From assembly GCA_944373145.1 (NCBI GenBank), contig CALWAL010000002.1:22282-86281 (forward strand): a DNA stretch of 64,000 bases, in the 5' to 3' direction. Every line of letters starts with the position of its first letter. Within the stretch, counting starts at the first letter, position 1. Of the stretch, positions 59,158-64,000 are shown one piece after another. Below the pieces are notes generated by a model. It worked only from the letters and a program-made list of their open reading frames with translations, was not told the origin of the DNA and did not search any database. This DNA comes from an uncultured Bacilli bacterium. Lineage in GTDB: Bacteria > Bacillota_I > Bacilli_A > RF39 > UBA660. Position numbers and translations under genes: made by a program.

Positions 59158-60510
59158 TTAACGTATTTTGTTGATAAGTTTTTGAATTTCATTATTAAGT
59201 GCTTCATCTTTTAAAATTTCATTTTTTATTTTATCAACAGCGTGCATAACTGTAGTATGATTTTTTCCACCAAATTCAATTCCAATTTTTGTTAAATTTT
59301 CTTCTAAATAAATACGACATATGTACATAGCTATTTGTCTAGGAATAGCTATATTATTAGTTTTTTTCTTACTTTTTAAGTCTTCTGGAGAAATATTATA
59401 ATTTTCGCTAACTAATTGAATAACTTGATCTATTTTATTTTTCGCAACAATTGTTTGAACAAAAAAATCTTTTAATGCTTCAACTGCTAAGTCTAAACTA
59501 ATAGCTGAGCCATTCATAATAGTTGCGTAAGCATAAACTCTAGTAATTGCCCCTTCTAGTTTACGAATATCTCCAACACAGTTGCTTGCAATATATTCTT
59601 TAACATTTTCTGGGAATTCATTTTCTAAACCCTGTATTTCAATTTTTTTATTAATTATATTCATACGGAGCTCAAAGTCTGGTGGTAGAATATCAATTTG
59701 AAGGCCCCAATTAAAGCGTGTTTTAAGACGTTCTTCTAATTTTTTTATATCTTCGGGTGAGCGATCTGATGAAATAATGATTTGTTTATTATTATTATAT
59801 AATTCATTAAATGTATTAAAAAATTCTTGTTGAGCACTAGTTGCCCCTACTAAATTGTGAATATCATCAATAATTAAAACGTCAATTTCACGATATTTAT
59901 TTTTAAATTGCTTTGTTGCTTCCATGTTGTTTTCATTTGCACTTTTACGACATATTTCAACAAAATCAGAAACGAATTTATCACATGGAATATATAAAAC
60001 TTTCATTTTTTTATTATTTGCTGTAATGAAATTACCTATGGCATGCATTAGATGTGTTTTTCCTAACCCACTTGAGCCATATATAAACAAAGGATTATAC
60101 ATATTTCCAGGTTGTTCCGCTACAGCTAAAGCACTAGTAGCAGCGAATTTATTGCTTTTACCCAAAACAAAGTTATCGAATTGATATTTTGGGTCTAAAT
60201 TACTTTCAAAAGTGCTGTTAGGAATTCCAATATCATCAGTATTTATCGTAATATCGTTAGCCAATTCTTCTTCAATAAAAAATTCAAATTTAAAATTTGT
60301 ACCAGTAACTTCAGCAAATTTTTCTTCAATTAAATCAATGTAATGGTCTTTCAAATTTTTTTTGTGGACATGTGAAGGAACTAAAATTTTTACTACACCA
60401 TCTTCTACTGCCACTAGTTTTGATTCAGAAAACCATGTTTCATAAGATATTTCCGATAATTGTTTTTTTATTTTTTCTAAGAATGTTTGCCATACATTCT
60501 CTAAATCCAT
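59158..60510 (-). CDS. dnaA: chromosomal replication initiator DnaA
   Basis: AAA+ Walker A GSSGLGKTHL, sensor motifs, and the C-terminal DnaA-box-binding HTH (…GGKNHTTVMHA…). Confidence 0.97.
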   Translation of the reverse strand: MDLENVWQTFLEKIKKQLSEISYETWFSESKLVAVEDGVVKILVPSHVHKKNLKDHYIDLIEEKFAEVTGTNFKFEFFIEEELANDITINTDDIGIPNSTFESNLDPKYQFDNFVLGKSNKFAATSALAVAEQPGNMYNPLFIYGSSGLGKTHLMHAIGNFITANNKKMKVLYIPCDKFVSDFVEICRKSANENNMEATKQFKNKYREIDVLIIDDIHNLVGATSAQQEFFNTFNELYNNNKQIIISSDRSPEDIKKLEERLKTRFNWGLQIDILPPDFELRMNIINKKIEIQGLENEFPENVKEYIASNCVGDIRKLEGAITRVYAYATIMNGSAISLDLAVEALKDFFVQTIVAKNKIDQVIQLVSENYNISPEDLKSKKKTNNIAIPRQIAMYICRIYLEENLTKIGIEFGGKNHTTVMHAVDKIKNEILKDEALNNEIQKLINKIR

Positions 60511-60574
60511 AATATCACCCCACTTAAAGATCTTTTCAACTAATATTCTACACTAGTTGAAATAAAAATCAAAG

Positions 60575-60780
60575 AAAATTGTGCATAATTTTATTAATTT
60601 CCTCGTTTTGCACAATAAATTATCTTTAAAAATAAAAATAATTTAGAGTTATGCACATTTTTGTGACAATTTTATTAACAAAAACATATATATTGTTTAT
60701 TAGTTATACACAAAAATGTTGATAACTGTGCATAACTAGGTAAAAAGTATAAAAAATAACGGAAGAAAAATGTGCATAAC
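60575..60780. promoter_or_regulatory. oriC segment upstream of dnaA with at least 6 DnaA boxes (consensus TTATGCACA)
   Basis: TGTGCATAA at 60580-88, TTTTGCACA at 60606-14, TTATGCACA at 60649-57, TTATACACA at 60704-12, TGTGCATAA at 60728-36 and 60771-79. Boxes occur in both orientations, as in a bipartite Firmicute oriC. Confidence 0.6.
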
Positions 60781-60874
60781 TTTGTTAATAAAAAATTTAA
60801 TAGTACAAAATATCAACATAATAGCAATACTTATTAGTGTATAATGTGTATTATCAAAAAAATTTAAGAAAAGT

Positions 60875-60902
60875 TTGACAAATTGGTAAAAAGTCTATAT
60901 AA
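60875..60902 (+). promoter_or_regulatory. sigma-A-type promoter for rpmH-rnpA-yidC-jag
   Basis: TTGACA (60875-80), a 16-nt spacer, then TATAAT (60897-902). RBS GGAGGTG before ATG 60947. Confidence 0.5.
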
Positions 60903-60946
60903 TTGATAAAGCAAACAGGGAAATTAAAAGGTACGGAGGTGTGAAG

Positions 60947-61069
60947 ATGAAAAGAACTTATCAACCTAACAATCATAGAAAAGCAAAAAAATTAGGATTT
61001 ATGGCTCGTATTAAAACTAAAATCGTTAATAATAGAAGAAGAAAAGGACGTAAAGTTTTATCTCATTAA
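60947..61069 (+). CDS. rpmH: 50S ribosomal protein L34
   Basis: [40 protein letters not shown] is a 40-aa Arg/Lys-rich L34. It is not in the ORF track (too short). Canonical first gene after oriC. Confidence 0.85.
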   Translation: MKRTYQPNNHRKAKKLGFMARIKTKIVNNRRRKGRKVLSH

Positions 61070-61071
61070 TA

Positions 61072-61099
61072 ATCCACTGAATCGTCAGTGGATTTTTTC
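61072..61099 (+). terminator. attenuator/terminator hairpin after rpmH
   Basis: ATCCACTGAatcgTCAGTGGATttttttc. Confidence 0.5.
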
Positions 61100-61117
61100 T
61101 TATTAATGGAGTGATTT

Positions 61118-61468
61118 ATGAAAAAGAAAAATGTATTAAAAAATAACCGCGATTTTAATCGAATTATTAAGAATAATAAACCTTTTAAATATAAAGATTA
61201 TGTCATATATTTAGAAAGAATAGAAGATAGTAATTATCATTTTGGAATATCAGTTAGCAAAAAGTTAGGAAATGCTGTTGTTAGAAATAAATTAAAAAGG
61301 CAGCTTCGTAGTATTATTTCTAAAAATGACTATCAAAATAATTTTAATTGTATTATAATATTAGGCAAAGGAATCTTGGCAAAAAATTATCAACAAATGG
61401 ATAATAATTTACAAGATGCTTTTAAAAAATTAAATATATTGTTAGGAGGAGCAAATGAAGAAAAATAA
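61118..61468 (+). CDS. rnpA: ribonuclease P protein component
   Basis: Basic 116-aa protein with …LGNAVVRNKLKRQLRSII… (RNR motif). Confidence 0.85.
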   Translation: MKKKNVLKNNRDFNRIIKNNKPFKYKDYVIYLERIEDSNYHFGISVSKKLGNAVVRNKLKRQLRSIISKNDYQNNFNCIIILGKGILAKNYQQMDNNLQDAFKKLNILLGGANEEK

Positions 61469-62456
61469 ATTAGTGATAGCTTTTTTGATATTAGTTATCT
61501 TTAGTTTAACTGGATGTACTAAAAATTTAAAAGGTGCTGATGGAAAAGTTGTAACTAATGAAGTAACAGGTCAAGTTTTACCATCAAATATTATATGTGC
61601 CCCAACGGATCCTGAAATTATAAAAATTTATGATAAAACCCGCGAAGATTTACTTGAAAAATACAAAAAAGAATATGATGCTGGTGATTTAAGTAAAAAA
61701 GATTATGAAAAAAAAGTAGATAGTTTACTTAATATTGAAGATTTAACTGCTTGTAAAAATTTTAATTTAACAAGTAATGGTTATAATGGAATTTGGGATA
61801 AAGTTTTTGTTGAACCTTTAGCGTGGTTACTTATTACAATTGGACAATTTGTAAAAAATTATGGTTTATCAATTATTTTTGTTACATTGTTAATTAGATT
61901 GGTTATGTATCCTATAACATTGAAAACGGCACGTCAATCAGAAAATTTAAAAGTTATTCAACCAAAATTAGAAAAATTAGAAAAAAAATATGCTAATAAA
62001 CAAGATCAAGAAAGTCAAATGCGCAAAGCTCAAGAAATGATGTTATTATATAAGGAAAATGATATTAATCCAATGTCAGGTTGTTTATATGCTATTATTC
62101 AAGTTCCATTATTCTTTGCTTTCTATGAAGCAATTTATCGTCTACCTGTTTTATTTGAAGATAGTTTATTAGGTTATTCTTTAGCAATGTCTCCAATTAA
62201 AGGTATTTCATCTGGAAATTGGTTATATATTATTTTACCAATTTTAGTATTTGTAGCTACTTATTTCTCATTTAAGCTTAATAGCGGTGCTAGTATGAGT
62301 TCTGAACAAGCTAGACAAATGAGAATAATGATGAATGTTATGATGATTTTTATCGGTATCATGTCTTTTACAATGTCAACAGGTATTATTTTATACTGGA
62401 TTACCAATAATACATTCACAATTGCTCAAAATTTAATTGTAAAAAGGAGAAAGTAG
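61455..62456 (+). CDS. yidC: membrane protein insertase YidC/SpoIIIJ (lipoprotein form)
   Basis: Lipobox LTGC, and a 60-kDa_IMP core with conserved …GCLYAIIQVPLFFAFY… and five TM helices. Confidence 0.9.
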   Translation: MKKNKLVIAFLILVIFSLTGCTKNLKGADGKVVTNEVTGQVLPSNIICAPTDPEIIKIYDKTREDLLEKYKKEYDAGDLSKKDYEKKVDSLLNIEDLTACKNFNLTSNGYNGIWDKVFVEPLAWLLITIGQFVKNYGLSIIFVTLLIRLVMYPITLKTARQSENLKVIQPKLEKLEKKYANKQDQESQMRKAQEMMLLYKENDINPMSGCLYAIIQVPLFFAFYEAIYRLPVLFEDSLLGYSLAMSPIKGISSGNWLYIILPILVFVATYFSFKLNSGASMSSEQARQMRIMMNVMMIFIGIMSFTMSTGIILYWITNNTFTIAQNLIVKRRK

Positions 62457-62457
62457 T

Positions 62458-63054
62458 ATGATTAAAGTATATAAATATGAAGCAGCTAATGAGGATGACT
62501 GTTATGAAAAGTGTATTGAAGAATTAGATGTTTATCGCTCTGAAATAATTATTGAATCTGAAGAATTTGAAAATTTATATAAAATGAATGTTATTAAAAA
62601 AAGCGATATAATAGATTTTATTAAAGAATATATTCAAGTAATTGGTTTAAAAATGAATTTAGATATAAAAACAGAAGTTAGAGAAGCTGATGATATTTTT
62701 TCAGTAACGATGGTATCTGATAATAATCCAATTTTAATAGGTAAAGATGGAAGAACTATTAATGCAATGCAATTGTTGATTCGTCAAGCATTACAAAACC
62801 AAACAAGAATGACAATCAAAGTTAATTTAGATGCATCTAATTACAAAGCAAAAAAAATAAAAAAATTTGAATTTGAAATAAAAAATATTGTTAGAGAAGT
62901 TCAAAAAACTAAAACTGATGCTAAATTAGATCCAATGAATTCATATCAAAGAAGAATTGTTCATTCATTAATAAGCGGTTTTAGCAATGTTGAAACTGAA
63001 AGTGTTGGCGAAGAACCAAATCGTTGTGTTGTTATTAAATATGTAGGAGATTAA
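62458..63054 (+). CDS. jag: Jag/KhpB RNA-binding protein (Jag_N, KH, R3H)
   Basis: C-terminal R3H motif …MNSYQRRIVHSLI…. Canonical position after yidC. Confidence 0.8.
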   Translation: MIKVYKYEAANEDDCYEKCIEELDVYRSEIIIESEEFENLYKMNVIKKSDIIDFIKEYIQVIGLKMNLDIKTEVREADDIFSVTMVSDNNPILIGKDGRTINAMQLLIRQALQNQTRMTIKVNLDASNYKAKKIKKFEFEIKNIVREVQKTKTDAKLDPMNSYQRRIVHSLISGFSNVETESVGEEPNRCVVIKYVGD

Positions 63055-63121
63055 TTTCTCCTTTTTTTATAAAAATAATGTTTTTTTCATATATTTTTGA
63101 TAGAATTGATGAGGGAGTGAT

Positions 63122-64000
63122 ATGATGTCTTTTATAGAAAGTATTAAAGAACGAGCTAAAAGTGCAAAAAAGAGAATAGTTTTACCAGAAACGATGGACG
63201 AAAGAGTAATTAAGGCGGCTATGAAAGTTCGCGATGAGCAAATTGCAGACATTGTTTTGATTGGTCGTCCAAGCTATGATATTGATTTAAAAGAAATTGA
63301 AATCATTGAACCATTAAATAATCAATTAACTGATCAATTAGCAAATGAGTTATATAGCCTTCGAAAAGATAAAGGTATGAGCTTAGAACAAGCTAAAGAT
63401 TTGTTAATAACTGATTATATGTATTATGCATGTATGTTAGTTAAAATGGGATATGCTGATGGTGTTGTCAGTGGAGCTTGTCATTCAACAGCAAATACAT
63501 TAAGACCTTCATTACAAATTATTAAAACTAAACCCGGAGTAAGTTTAGTATCAGCCTTTTTTTTAATGGTTGTTCCAAATTGTGAATATGGTGAAAATGG
63601 AACTTTTATTTTTGCTGATTCGGGATTAGAACAAAATCCAACTCCAGAAAGATTAGCGGCTATAGCTAGAAGTAGTGCTGAAAGTTTTGAACTATTAGTA
63701 GGAAAAGTTCCTAAAGTAGCCATGCTATCTCATTCTACAATGGGTAGTGCAAGTCATGCTGATGTAGATAAGGTTGTAAACGCTACAAAAATAGCTAAAG
63801 AAAGATACCCTCAATATGAAATTGATGGAGAATTACAACTAGATGCAGCTATCGTTCCAGAAGTAGCTAAAAGTAAAGCACCTAATAGCAAAGTAGCAGG
63901 TCAAGCCAATGTTTTAGTTTTTCCTGATTTAGATGCAGGAAATATTGGATATAAATTAGTTCAACGTTTAGCTAAAGCAGAAGCTTATGGTCCTATAACA
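63122..64000 (+). CDS. pta: phosphate acetyltransferase, 5' part only (continues beyond the window)
   Basis: Open frame from ATG 63122 to the window end (293 codons, no stop): MMSFIESIKERAKSAKKRIVLPETMDERVIKAAMKV…SHSTMGSASHADVDKV…GPIT, typical Pta. RBS GAGGGAG. The 61-aa and 80-aa minus-strand ORFs inside it are artefacts. Confidence 0.85.
   Translation, partial: MMSFIESIKERAKSAKKRIVLPETMDERVIKAAMKVRDEQIADIVLIGRPSYDIDLKEIEIIEPLNNQLTDQLANELYSLRKDKGMSLEQAKDLLITDYMYYACMLVKMGYADGVVSGACHSTANTLRPSLQIIKTKPGVSLVSAFFLMVVPNCEYGENGTFIFADSGLEQNPTPERLAAIARSSAESFELLVGKVPKVAMLSHSTMGSASHADVDKVVNATKIAKERYPQYEIDGELQLDAAIVPEVAKSKAPNSKVAGQANVLVFPDLDAGNIGYKLVQRLAKAEAYGPIT

Noticed and set aside
63067-63723. 61-aa and 80-aa minus-strand ORFs
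   Set aside because: Both lie antisense inside the clearly homologous pta reading frame.
1-64000. CRISPR arrays or IS/transposase elements
   Set aside because: No regularly spaced direct repeats of 24-40 nt found by eye. No transposase-like or Cas-like ORF. The many tgtgcataa repeats are DnaA boxes confined to oriC.

Overview
This 64-kb window is the chromosomal replication-origin region of a very AT-rich (roughly 27-28% GC by eye), standard-genetic-code, endospore-forming Firmicute. I cannot name the species; it looks Clostridia-like or Erysipelotrichia-like.

The right end carries the canonical origin arrangement: gyrA-gyrB-recF-(ComK-like)-dnaN-dnaA on the minus strand, then rpmH-rnpA-yidC-jag and the start of pta on the plus strand. 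Two clusters of DnaA boxes flank dnaA, and they use a variant box, TTATGCACA.

Most of the remaining window is conserved origin-proximal housekeeping synteny that also occurs in Bacillus subtilis. In order:
- tadA-dnaX-ybaB-recR-bofA
- holB-yaaT-yabB-rsmI-pth-(unknown)-mfd
- abrB-like / T-box-dut-metG-ybaK-tatD-yabE-ksgA-ung
- a Big_2 surface protein, then tilS-ftsH
- a MOP flippase, rpiB, spoIID, a SpoIIQ-like M23 protein, mreB/mbl
- cotJB-cotJC and tRNA-His

The less conserved left third (1-19 kb) is dominated by a three-gene gtrA/GT-C/GT2 polyprenyl-phosphate glycosylation module and two divergent units of uncharacterised genes; coordinates are in the features list.

Spore-specific genes (cotJB, cotJC, spoIID, spoIIQ-like, bofA, yaaT) indicate a sporulating lineage.

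Several non-coding elements are missing from the ORF track: an SRP (4.5S) RNA between gyrA and tadA, a tRNA-His, and a methionine T-box leader upstream of dut-metG.

One uracil-DNA glycosylase (family 4-like) is frameshifted into a pseudogene, while a family-1 ung is intact elsewhere in the window.

No CRISPR array, IS element or obvious prophage is visible. The candidates for undescribed biology are a divergent pair (a PP2C phosphatase opposite a three-gene operon of uncharacterised helical, coiled-coil and dual-anchored membrane proteins), a ComK homologue sitting between dnaN and recF, and the decayed islet around tRNA-His. All functional calls rest on reading motifs by eye; no searches were run.
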